Source: Lama glama
Lineage: Eukaryota
DNA length: 64,000 bases
Assembly: GCA_028534125.1 (NCBI GenBank)
Contig: CM052834.1
Location: forward strand, 2,480,001-2,544,000
Direction: 5' to 3'
In this document: in pieces, positions 22,856-34,200 of the stretch
Numbering within the stretch: the first letter of the stretch is position 1
Layout of the letters: each line of letters begins with the position of its first letter
The notes under the pieces: generated by a model
Seen by the model: the letters and a program-made list of their open reading frames with translations, nothing else
Databases searched by the model: none
Told to the model about the DNA's origin: nothing
Translations under genes and position numbers: made by a program

Positions 22856-25238
22856 CACACTTGTTTTTTTGCACCCTTTGTGTTTTCAAAGAGCTGGTGA
22901 TTCTTGAGATACTTACCTTCCTCTTCCTCTGGAGGTGGAGTGAGGGACCAGGGATGGAGTCCTTTTATCTCACAAGTGGGGAAACTGTGGCCAGAGTGAG
23001 GGAGCACTCACTGAGCAGGACTGGGTGTGTGCTTGCGCTGGAGCTTGCTGTCTGAGCCTCAGGAAGCTGCCCCAGATCTGCTCGGCCTTGGGGCCTGGGG
23101 CTCTGGGCCAGGAGCCTGCAGCTTCTTTGCTGTGGGGCTGGGTCCAGGCACAGGGGCTCCTGGTTTCTGTTTTCCCCTGAGGGCAGGATGAGGCGGGAGC
23201 CTGGCTGGGGACTCAGCCACAGCCATGGCGGGTTTTGCACCCCCACCCCCAGCTCCGTGCCAGGGAGGGTCATCACCGCCTCCCAGGTAATGAGGGGCGG
23301 GCTGCTTTATTAAACAGCCCAGCTCCGGAGAGGAGCTCAGCACCCGCGTCTGACACACAGAGCTGTGTGGCTCCCTTCCTATTGTTAGAAGCTTTAATTA
23401 CGATTGTTCCAATTCCACCCTCCAGCATTCGTCACTAGGACGAGCTCTCTTTCCTCCCTGCATCCGCAGCCCCCTGAGCAGTGGCTTTGCTGCTCAGATA
23501 ACGAGTCCCTCTGCCTCCCACCTCCATCTCCGCCACCCTCTTCTAGGAGCGGCCCAGGACCACCCATCCACGCCGCCCGGATATACTCCCAGCGGCCGCC
23601 CTTTGAAAACGCAAACAAACAAACATCCCCACCCCCAAACTCACAGCTCCAGGCTGCGACACTGCCCCTTAATTGTGGGCACAGGGACTTCCCCCCAACA
23701 CCCCGAAAAGGGCACACACTTTCGTGTCCCTGCCACCACCGGCTGTGTCTCCCTGTTCTCTTGGAGCCTGGCCTCTGTCCTTCTGATTTGTCAGACGGAC
23801 CATGGGCGAGAATGGGAAGAGCCTTTACGGGATTGTGGCCCCGCAGCTCTGCATGGCCTCCCTGTGAGGACCAGCTTCTCGCCTGCAAAGTGGGAGTGAG
23901 CCTCAGTCCTTGGCTGGCCCACGTGGGGAATTGTCTGGAGGAGCCATTGTTCGTGAAAGTTCTCTGAAGCCTATGGAGGATGGTGCTGATGTCAGCTGGG
24001 ACGGCTGTCTTGCTCTGTCTGTAGCTGTCTCTCTTCCCGTGTCCGTGTCTCTGCCGCTGCTGTCCTGGTCTGGGCAGCCAGACAGCCACACGTGGCTTTC
24101 TCCCTGAGGGATTTTTCCCTGCAGGCAGCTGCTGTGAGTCGAACCTTTGTCTGTGGTTCTGGTTCCTGCAGCCTGCCCGCTGGGGGCCCACAGAGGCTGA
24201 CACCCCAGCATGGCAGCCCAGGAAGTGGGGTGGTGGGAGGGGACCCTCCCAGCATTCCAAGGCTCTGTGCTGGGTCAGAGGGGAGAAAGTGGGTTGGCCC
24301 CAGGGGAGCTACAAACGCCAGATGGAGCCTCTCCGTCTGCCTCGTTCAGGCTCATTGCTGCCATCAGGGGTCCCTGAGATGACTGTGGGACACTGTGTGT
24401 GTCCCAGCATCACTGAGGTGGACCCTGCCCTTGTTCCCTGCCAGGGTCTGTGCTGGAGGAGGCTCCAGGGTCCCTGCGGCCACTCTCCAAGCCCAAAGTC
24501 TGTGCTCTGTCGGGCGAGAGTTGAGCACATTTACATACTTGGGTTTAACTGCCCCGTGAGGATACTCAAACCGGGCCCCCCTCCCCAGTCCTCTGACGGA
24601 CAAGCAGACTGGCTCCTGCCCTAACGGAGGAGGTGGGAAGTGGGTTTGAGGGGCAGGGCGCAGAGTGGAGCTCTCATGCTGGCCTGAATCACATGGAGCC
24701 AAACCCGAGGAGACCAGGAGGCCCTTTGCTTCCCCCAGACACGAGCAGAGCCCCCTGGACACTCAGACCCATGCAGGTGATCTGGGGGCTGCTTCTCCAG
24801 CTGAGTCCTCCCCCGTTGTATACCATCTCCGAAAAAAGCACCTTTTCCCCTCAGGGGGCTTGAACCGAGTGTCAAAGGCCTTTTTTTGCTTTTAGGGAGA
24901 CTGAGTTTTAGAGGGGAGGTATTATGGGAGGTCCCAGCCACACAGGGAGTAAATGAAGCCCACAGGCTATGGCGGAGCCCAGAGTGCCCAGGGAGCGGGG
25001 ACCCACAAGTATCAGGTGGTCAGGACAGGCCTGGCTCTGGGGCTGGGTGGATCCCTGGGGGTCAGCTGCTGCTCCTGCCTGCTTCCCAGCCAAGCCCACT
25101 GCGGGACAGTCTCTCCACGGAGCTGGATCCTCCTGGGCCCTTGTGAAATTCCAGGCCAGGCCGCTACCCAAGGGCCCAGTGTCCGGGGTCTTGTGGGGGT
25201 TGGCTAGGCTGCCATAGTGGGCCTCAGAACTGTGGTTG

Positions 25239-25360
25239 GAGGAGGGGCTGGAGAGGAGGGGGATGGAGCAAGGGGCTGAGAGGAGGAGGGACGGGATAGG
25301 GGAGCTGAGAGGAGGGGGATGGGGCAGGGGGCTGAGAGGAGGGAGGATGAGGCAAGAGGC
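25239..25360. repeat. Purine-rich minisatellite (about 27-29 bp unit, about 4 copies)
   Basis: Repeated ggggctgagaggagggggatggggca-like units. Confidence 0.85.
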
Positions 25361-25447
25361 ACCCTGTCACCTTGCTGTTTAATTTACTGGAGTTATTTTT
25401 CTGTGTCTTCCTCTTCCTCTGTGTGGCATTCCCAAACTTCTACACAG

Positions 25448-25465
25448 AGGAGGAGAAAGACACAG
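25448..25465 (+). CDS. Candidate 18-nt coding microexon (AGGAGGAGAAAGACACAG)
   Basis: An AG-free, pyrimidine-rich stretch at 25393-25445 ends in tacacAG. The purine-rich 18-nt body is followed by the donor CAG|GTAATG. It is frame-preserving with no stop in any phase. Confidence 0.55.
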
Positions 25466-25534
25466 GTAATGTGGCGGGAAGGGCACCGGGCATTAGGGAC
25501 GCACAGGTGGGTGTGAGTCTTGGCCTCCTGTTGG

Positions 25535-25640
25535 TGTGAACCTGACCTCCTCATCTGTGAAATGGGACAGTAGTCACTACTGTTTGTTTCGAGGAGTCAC
25601 TGAAACACCGTGTGAAGAGGGTTCAGCCCATTGTCGGGGG
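25535..25640 (+). mobile_element. MIR fragment
   Basis: cctcctcatctgtgaaatgggacagtagt. Confidence 0.6.
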
Positions 25641-28146
25641 CCAGGTGAGGTTGGTGTGGCAGGTGCTGTGGTGGGGTGAGGGCACCGTGCTTCTGGGTGG
25701 GGTGGCCTGGGGAGTGTGTGTTCAGAATTAGGCTGCAGGGGCTGGTCTCCGTCCTCAACCCACTTCCTCAGCTGGGCCCTTGTTTTCTCTAGGCTTTGTT
25801 TTGGTTCTCTCTTCAGCAGAAGAGGGAAGTCATTCTGTACCCCCCACCTCCCATCTTCCTTCAGGGCGGGAGGAGGAGGCCAGAGGAGAAGTGAGTTCCA
25901 GCCGCCCAGGATGTGGAGATGCAGGAGGAAATTGAAGGTGGGCTGTTCTGTGCTTTCAGGATGCTCTCCAGGAATTCGGTGTTTAAACTGGAGTTGAAAC
26001 CTCTTCCTGAGCTCCTCAGAGTGGGCCTGGGAGGAGGCCCTGGGGCCTGCTTTGGCCAGCTGGGACCTGGGTGGGCAGAGGAGGGGCTGGCGGGGCCCAA
26101 GACATGTCTGAGGGGAGACTAGAGGCCCTGCTGAGGGCCTGGCAGAGACAGAGCAGCGCCTGGGAAGGAAGGAAGAGGAGGAGGAGAAGCAAAGGAAGAA
26201 GGGCAGGAAGGAAGAGGCCCCCGGGGACAGCAGGCGGGGTGGGCAGGTGGGCAGAGGCCTCAGGTAGCAGTGCCCAGGCGGCACCCTCCGGACGGTTCTC
26301 TCCACAGTGATGAAGACATCACCAGCCGTCTGCTCCTGGCTGCACTCGCTCTCCGCTGCCAACAGCAGATGCATCTGGCTGGATCTGGGTCATCAGCACT
26401 AATCTGTTTCTCGTCTTCCTTTGCCCTCAGCAGTCCATGCCCTGAAGTGGAGCTGGGACCCCATGGAGGGGCCCGGAGGCACAGGGAGCCAGGGTGGACA
26501 TGTCGGCTGTCAGGGCCGCTCAGCCAGCCACACAGCACCCATGCTGGCTGCTGAGTTCTGTGGTTGTGAAGCAAAGGCCCCAAATGAAGAGGGGTGTGCT
26601 GGAGAGGGTGCGGGGGTGGGGGTTCCCTTCCCGTCGGCGGCCGTGAGCGTGAACTCAGAATCAGACTTTGTGGTCCAGCGAGATGGTCTGGCCTCTCCAA
26701 GTTGACCTTGTTCCTCCATGGATGATGCTGGTGACCCGCGGCCCACCTTGGGGGTCGTGGGTGGTCTGTGGGGAGTGTCCCGGTGCGGCACTGAGGAATG
26801 GTTGCTGCTGCTCGCTCGGTCTTTACTATTTTGTTGTCTCCGGTGAGGAGCCGCTTCCAGGGGCTCCGTTCACTCAGCCCCAGTGCCAGTCTTGGGCCCT
26901 GAGTTGGGGCGAACACCTGACCGGGACTGACCCTCCGGAGGGTGAAGGGAGACCCGCCCTTACTTCTCGCGCCAGGAGCTGAGGGTCAACCAGGCCGGCA
27001 GCGCTCCTAAATGGAGACCCCTTGGGAGACGATGGAGGTTGGTTGCGCATCTCGCTCTGGGGTCTAGGATTACAGCCGTGTAGGGGTGGGGGAGGGCGGC
27101 AGAAAGGCTGACTTCCGAGTTATCCCAGCCACTGCCGCTCCTGGGAGTCCACACGTGCCGGAGCCTGGTCTGAGCACTCCACCTGTGCTGAACCTCGTCT
27201 GGCAGATTCCAGAGCCTTCCACGCTCCTGACCACCAGGCTGCCCTTTACTGTCCCAGGCCGGTGATGGACCAGGAGTGTGACTCCAGAGGTCCGGGTGGG
27301 CCGGCGCCCTTGTGGTGGGAGCTCAGGGGCCGGCCTTGCTTCTCCGCGCTCTCTGGGGGCCCCGCACGGCACAGGTTGGCTGAGAGGCTTCTTCGGCGCA
27401 GACGCTGGCAGGGTGAACCTGCCACTGGTGCGCTCTCCTGGAACTGACAGGAGGACCCAAGTCCAGAGATGTAGCCCTGCAATTGTGGCCTGCAGGGGGC
27501 TGCCTCCTTGTGACACGAGACCCACTGCCTGCCCCCTGGGGACGAGCACCCCGGGCCCCTGGAAGAGGGACCCCAGGTGGGAGGGTCCTGTCCTTCAGTG
27601 GACAGGCCACCATCACAGGTCTTGGATAAGGACCATGCTGGCCTTTGCCTGTGGCTTTCGACTCTGGGGCCATCCTTCACCTGCTGCTCTTTTCCAAAGG
27701 TGCAGAGAGATATTTTAGGTCGCCTTTTATGGCTCTGGGACAGGAGAGGCCTGGACTGCGCATTGGCCTGACCTTTTGCAAGTTCGCTGGCTCTTGGTGG
27801 GAGGAGGGGAGACAGCCCCGGGCCATGGGGCTGGGTCACCAAGAGCTCAGCCGGGGCTCCCTGACTCTGCAGGCCATTGAGGGGATGGCACGTCCTCGTG
27901 TTAGGGCCACTTGCTGGGTTTCTCAGCCCAGCTGTTACCCACCTTTCCCTTGTTCATTCATTCGGTCATTTATTCAGACACCTGCTTACGCAGGGAGGGG
28001 ACACAGACTTCACCTCGTCAGGACTAGACTGCCTTGACGTGGGGAGAAGTTATTTTGTATTAAAGAGAAACAGTAAAGACATCTGAGCACCTGATCGAAG
28101 TGTCCCTTTTGATGTGGTGAAATGTGCGGTTTAAGGGGCACCTAGC

Positions 28147-28274
28147 GAGAGCCTGTTGGAAAGGAAGTGAGAGCCTGTTGGAAAGGAAGCGAGAGCGTCC
28201 TCACGGCTCCGCGTGAAACCGTCAGAACTGCCCGGGGCTCTGTGGGAGCCGTCGGAACCGCCTGGGGCTCTGCG
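28147..28274. repeat. Two adjacent short tandem duplications (22-bp and 30-bp periods)
   Basis: gagagcctgttggaaaggaag(t/c) twice plus a partial copy (28147-28196); ccgtc(a/g)gaac(t/c)gcc(c/t)ggggctctg twice (28219-28274). Confidence 0.9.
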
Positions 28275-29904
28275 TCTTCTCCTGACCGTTCTTCCAGTAA
28301 ATGGCTGTGGAACCTCCACTCTGCTCCAGACACAGCACCAGGCTGGGCCCCGCGGGGATGCAGGGACAGGTGTGGCCCTGGGAAGAGGAGGTGTGAGCGG
28401 GACCTCCACTTCCCCACAGAGGGTGCTGGCTCCGGCCCAGGTAGGGCTTGTTTGGAACTTGTCCGTCGAGTCAGGAGCAGCAGGGAGAGAGCCAGGGTGG
28501 GACTCGGAGGCCCTGTGAGGTTGGCCTGTGATGGTGGTGAAGGGATGGGGTGGCGGCAGGTCCATGATAGGGTGGCACATGTACCCCGGCCCAGGCCTTC
28601 CCCTTGCCCAGCTGGAAGGCCACCCAGCACCCTGTGCAGCCACGTCTGGGTGAGTCCTAGGGGTCCCGGCTCCTGGCTGCCTCTCCCGAGCCTGAGGCCT
28701 CCCTGAGGGGGTCCTGACCCCTCTTGTGTGGGGTCCTGTGGTTCTGGCTCTGTAGGTCCATGTTCCTGCCAAGAGCACGCTGAGTCCAGGGCCCTTTCTC
28801 CAGTGGGTCCTCAGGAAATATTAATTGGCAGTGAGGACCAGAGACTTAGGCTCCCCAGTGGTGGTCTCCGGGCCCTTGTTCTCCCATGATTGAGAGCTCT
28901 CTCCCTAAGTCATCCCAAGGCCTCATGCTGGGACCTCTCCTCCTCACGGTGGGTTCTGACCTACAGCTACAAGCAGAGGCGGCCTTAACCACACTCTGGC
29001 CACCCACATTCAGGAAGCCGCTCAGAAACGCGCCTGGAGTCCACGGTGGACAGACAGGTGAAGTGGGTGGAGCGTGGGCAGGGAGGGCAGGTCCTCGGCA
29101 GGGGGCGGGGGGATGCAGGGGCCCAGTGCCCAGGCTGCCTGGCCCTGTCTGTTAACTCCCCATTAGCATTCGGCTGTGGCATTGCCTCTAAGCGCTTGAT
29201 TTATGCCGCCACGGTACTGCTCACAAATTAGGAGCCGCTATTGTGCTACGTCGGCTTTAAAATCGATGCGGAGTAATTGCAGTGCACGGGTAGCTGGACG
29301 ATGTTAACATGAGAAATATGCTGTCGTTATCATCCTTGGAACCAGCACGACTACAGGGGGATTCTGCCCCCTTTACTGGCTGATCTGAACTCAGCTTGCC
29401 GCCAAGGCCACCCCGGCACGGCCAGCCCTGGACCAAGAAGTGTCTTGAGTGGATGAGCCGGGAGTCAGGCTGGGAACTGTCGTGCTGAAGCCCCTCGGAG
29501 GGGTCAGGCTGGGCTGAGTTTGCTTCACTCTGGGTCCAGACCCCCGGCCTTCGTGTCACGTTTTGTGTGTGCTTTGCTGCCGTTGGCGTGTGGTGTATGT
29601 GTTCGCGCCTGTGTGTGGTCTGTTTGCGTGTGCCTGTACCGCCTTAGAGTCAAAAAACAGTTCTTCTGAGGCCAGGTCGTCATTCCGCACTGCCCCCGCA
29701 GTCCCTGTGGTGGGCGCCTCCGTCTCCTCGCCCGCGGAGGGGCCGACAGCGCTGCTCGCCCACCGGTCGGCGCCGGTGTCAGACGAGCACTCGGGGGTCC
29801 AGGTGTGTGGGCGCCGGAGCAGGAATTGGCAGCAGCAACAGCAGGAGCTTGCTAGGAGGATGATCAGCCGAGGGGCCGATGAGCGGCCAGGCGCCAGGAA
29901 GGCT

Positions 29905-30090
29905 CCCGGCCTTCTCTGTACGTCGGAGTCTCACAGGAGATTGAAGACAAGAAGCTGATGCTGGATTCCACCCCATCTTCAGAGACCCAGGTTTCATGGG
30001 TCTGGGGTGTGTCCTGGGCATCTGGCTATTAAAAGCACCCCCGCCCCGGGGATACACATGCACGTGTCACCAAGGCTGAAAACTGCCACG
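29905..30090. mobile_element. MER5-type hAT-Charlie DNA transposon remnant
   Basis: ggtctggggtgtgtcctgggcatctggctattaaaagcacccc...ccaaggctgaaaactgc. Confidence 0.7.
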
Positions 30091-30174
30091 GCGTCCATGT
30101 CTCTGTCTTCAGATGGACCTTGCTTCTCTGGATAGGACCCATATGGATTAGTTAAAGATCTCTGCAGGAAAAAA

Positions 30175-30330
30175 AAGGCAGGTTTTCTAACTGATAGGAA
30201 GTTCCTCCTTGTATCCAGCCAGAATCCCTGCTGTGTCAAGTCCTCTCTTGGCTGACTGTGAGTCCCTGGCCTCCGTCTCTCTGTATGGAGGGTGTCAAGC
30301 AGCGTGCCTTTGCTGGGAGCCTGGGGACCC
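30175..30330. mobile_element. L3/CR1 LINE fragments
   Basis: ttctaactgataggaagttcctccttgtatccagccagaatcc, then ggagggtgtcaagcag in the opposite orientation. Confidence 0.55.
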
Positions 30331-31054
30331 TGCTGACTTACAAATGGGACTGTGAGACTCTCCCCCGGGGAGTAGCATGGCCTCCCCGAGGAAGCGGCTG
30401 CTGTGCAGACAGCGTGCCCACACCTCCCCAGCTTGCCGCAGTGGGGCTGAGAGCCCCAGGGACCTGCAGGGTGTCAGAGGGCAGGTGCGCAAGGAGTCTG
30501 ATCCTGTCTTTGCACACGAGGGACCCCAAAAAGGGGAGAAGCTGGCCAGCAAACCACCATGGGTTGGTGGCAGAGGCAGGACTGGGGCCCCAGTCCCGGC
30601 TCCTATCAGGGCCGTCTCTGTGGCAGCCCAGCCCGGGAGACATGGGCCTGGACCCCGTCTGTCTCTGGGGAGGCTGGGTCGGGGGCAGGGTCTCCAGCAG
30701 GACAAGGGTGCTGAGCAGCCTGCATCTCTGGCGAGCCTGAGCGCCGGCTTACCCCCAGGCACACACATTGCACCAGGATGGCCGCGTGATGGGCTGGGGG
30801 AATGACAGCTGTCGGGTCTGGTTTGATGCCAGTGCCGGCCCCTGTTAGATCCCCCAGTTCTGTTGTCTTGGCAGCTGAGCCATGTGCTTCCTATTGGGAG
30901 AAACGGGGCTGCCTGCTGGGGGAGCAGAGCAATGGTCAGGGTGACCAGGTGGCCACAGGGACTAGTATTCGACCCATGTGGCGGTCAGGACCTCAGAAAT
31001 AGTTGGGCCATCACTCAGTCTCTGCACTGCGAGTGTCACCTTTGACCTGGCTGT

Positions 31055-31230
31055 GCGGGGCACAGAGGTGCTCTGAAGGGTCACAGCCCTGTGCTCAGAT
31101 CCCATTCCAGAGTAGAGATGGGCTCCCTGTCAAAACAGTGTGATAAGAGCTGGGATGGGGTAAACACAGGAAGCTGTGTGGACGCCCGGGACAGGCACCC
31201 AGCTAGAAGCTGGGGCCTGGGGAATGCTTT
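31055..31230 (-). mobile_element. L2 fragment
   Basis: cagccctgtgctc...aaaacagtgtgataagagctgggatgggg...gctgtgtgga. Confidence 0.55.
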
Positions 31231-34200
31231 CGTCTGCGTCCAGGGTGAGCGGAGGCGGTGTCTTCAGTCCAGGCAGGGCATTGCTCCTGGTGTCCCAGCC
31301 CCCAGCCCAACCCCCCTGCAGGCCTGCCCACCAGGAGCCCAGTGAGGTCAGTGTCCATGTCTGTGCCTTCCACGGAACGAGGGCAGGGTGGTGAGGAGGA
31401 TGTCAGCCTGAGGGGGTTTGGGGGTTCTGAGCACAGCAGAAGTCACGTGCATGCCCACGCTGGTTGGGGGCCATCTGCCGGCAGCTGCGAGCAGGCAGGT
31501 CCCTGTGGGATGCTGGCCCGTTGTTGCATCCTCACGGGAACATGAGCAATGCATCCCTGCATGCTGCTTGACTCACACTTGGTTCCGGAGCCTAAAAAGG
31601 TGGGAAAACAGCCACAATAACAGGAAGAGGGGCCCGAGAAGTTGGCTTACGTCTGGGGAGCAGATGGGATTATTTCCAAATAGGTTATGCTCATCAGAGG
31701 GTGTGACCACCGCCACCCGGAACCCTGAACCTCCAGGCTGGCTCCCAGGAAAGATGGACGAGTTCTTTCTCGGCTGGAAGAACGAGCTGATGCCAGGAGG
31801 ACCCAGAGGGACCGTTCTTCTGTGCTCATTCCACCTGCTGGGCCAAGCTGGGAGCCAGTTGGAGACCAGTTTTCCTTTTTTCTGACCGCAGTAAAGGCCC
31901 AGCAACATCCCAGGCCTGATGCAAGGCAGGAGAGGGGTCTGCTGCCTCTCCTGCTGGTCAGTACTGGGGGCACAGAGTGGACACCGGGGGACGGAGGCCC
32001 AGGACTTTGTCCTGGAGAGCATTTGGGGAGGACATGTGTGTGTGGAGGAGGAGAGTGGGGAGGGGGAGGAGGAGGAGGAGGGCAGGACCAGAAAGGAAGG
32101 TTATTTTCTCTCCTCAGATCACACGTGGCGGGAGCAACTTGTTTCAAGACCAGGGAAGGTAACTTTTCACTCCTGGTTTTGGGGTTTTGACAGGGGAAGC
32201 ACTCCCACTTTGTCCTCAAGTTCAAGAAGACTGGCCGGGGTACTGCCTGGGGAGCAGTCAGCTCCTGACAGTCAGACCACAGCTCGGCAGCCTCAGGAGG
32301 GCCCACCCCCGAACCCTCTGCTGTGAGGGTCCTGTAGGGGCCGTCTGGTCTCTTTCCCTCCCTCTGGGTGGGACGCTCACTCTTCTCCTAGAGATGGAGA
32401 GTCCAGGCCTCCCCAGGTGTGCTCAGATTTTAGGGCTCCCTCCTCATCTGTGACCCGAGTCCATCCTATGCAGTAGCCTCGACGGTAGAAAGGGGCCGGG
32501 TCCGCCCTGCATCCATTACTGAGATCCTGGGGTGCAGAGGGGAGAGCCAAGCACTTAGCCGGTGTGTCTGGGTCAAGGGTAGAGGTCGAAGTGGAGCCCG
32601 AGTCCCCAGACCTCTGCCTGTGGGCACACGGAACCCTGTAGCAGCTGGTGTCTGCGCACCAGTGAGAAGTACCACAGTGGGCAAATCTGAATGAGCGTTT
32701 AGTGCTGAAGAATTAAATGCAAGAGCTGAAGCCAACAGTCATCTCAACCAACGCTGGGAAGCTGAGAGCCCCGGAGCAGCCTTACAAGCTGTCTGCACGC
32801 ACATGCCGGGTTTGTTTTGGGCCTGAATGTGTCCCCTAAGACTGTGCAGTCTGGGCTTGTTGGCGCTGCCGGGGGAAGTTCCGGGGAGCTGTTGCAGCCT
32901 CCCACCCTGGGTGGCCCCCGGGGGGGCTCTGGGCAGCCCGTCTGCTGCGGTGTTCTGTGGCTCCGTGAGCCACCAAGGTCAGATGCCTGAAGGGACAGCG
33001 CTGCTTCCAGTGGGCAGGGAGAAAGGACAGTAAATCACTTGCTTTGCACCTGCCTCTGCAGACAGTAGGTGCTCACTGAGCTCCCTTCAATGCTTTGGGG
33101 TGTAGTCGTCTAAGGTGGGGCTGGAGCAGTGATTTCTCAGCCCCTCCAGACTCTGCAGCACACTGAGGGGTCCTCCTGGGATGCTCTGGGGACCAGTAGG
33201 GGTGGGAGTCCTGCCCAGCCGGTCCTGCTGGCCGCTCCCAGCTCCCTCCTTCCACATCCCGCATACCCCATCCTCCCTGTCAGCCACTGCTCCTTGTCCT
33301 CTGCTCCCTGAGGAAGTGCTGACTTGTTGGAAGCTTTCCTGTTCTTGGTTACCCTGGAGACTCCTTAAGGACACTGTGGGACCTCCCTGACCCCTGTCTG
33401 AAGGCCCCAAGCCGGTAGAGTCTCTGCTCACCCCTCCCTGCCTGGGGGTGCAGCCGTAGGTGAGGAAGGGGTGTGCTCTCAGGGCCCAGCATGGCCTACA
33501 CCAGCCTGCTGCCCGGGAGGTGAAGGACAGTGCTCAGCTAAGAGAGTGTGAGCCTGGGTGTGTAACTCCCACGAGGGCCTTTTAAAGTAATTTTAACATC
33601 TTGCCAGGAATGCCACACATTCTGTCTCTCTCTGCCCCATGGAGCCTCTTAGCCCCATAGAAGACAACCAGACAGCAGGTGGAGAAACGAGGGGGCAGAT
33701 GCAGTGAAGGGGAGCAGGGACGCCCCAGGTTCCCTGGCTCTGGGACCTAGGGCTGGGCACCTCTCCGTCTGGAGTGCACTCACTTTCGGATTCCTTCAGG
33801 TGAAAGTTCTTGGTTCTGCTGCCCCCACTGTGGACACCAACATGTTGGGGAGTCAGTGAGGACGGAGCTCCCGGCCTCACCCTGGCCTCTGGCCTCAGCC
33901 CCGCTTTCCCAGGGAGAGACGGCACGGGCGAGGGTTGGAGGGCACTCTGTAGATCCGCGCATTACGACATGCCCTGCCTGTGCCCCAGGCCTGGCCCACC
34001 CTACAGAGGTCAGCAAAGCGTGGAGCTCGCAGGGGCTGGGCAGGTGGAAATTCACGTGGAACTGGCTGGCCTCGCTGCCAGGGCAACAGATGTTGGCTTT
34101 GGAGCCTGGATGGGGTTCGCTCCAGGCCGTGGGCGGGCGGCACCTTCAGATGATCTCCCGGGTCGGGTTTCTCGTTGGCTCTGCGCAGGGCCTTTCACTT

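Noticed and set aside
24830-24895. Minus-strand B-box-like GGTTCAAGCC followed by T6, inside an imperfect inverted repeat (possible Pol III ncRNA)
   Set aside because: No properly spaced A-box, no cloverleaf, and no similarity to vault, Y or 7SK RNAs that I can see.
28147-28274. Direct repeats superficially like a CRISPR array
   Set aside because: The copies are tandem with no unique spacers, there are only two of each, and the context is eukaryotic.
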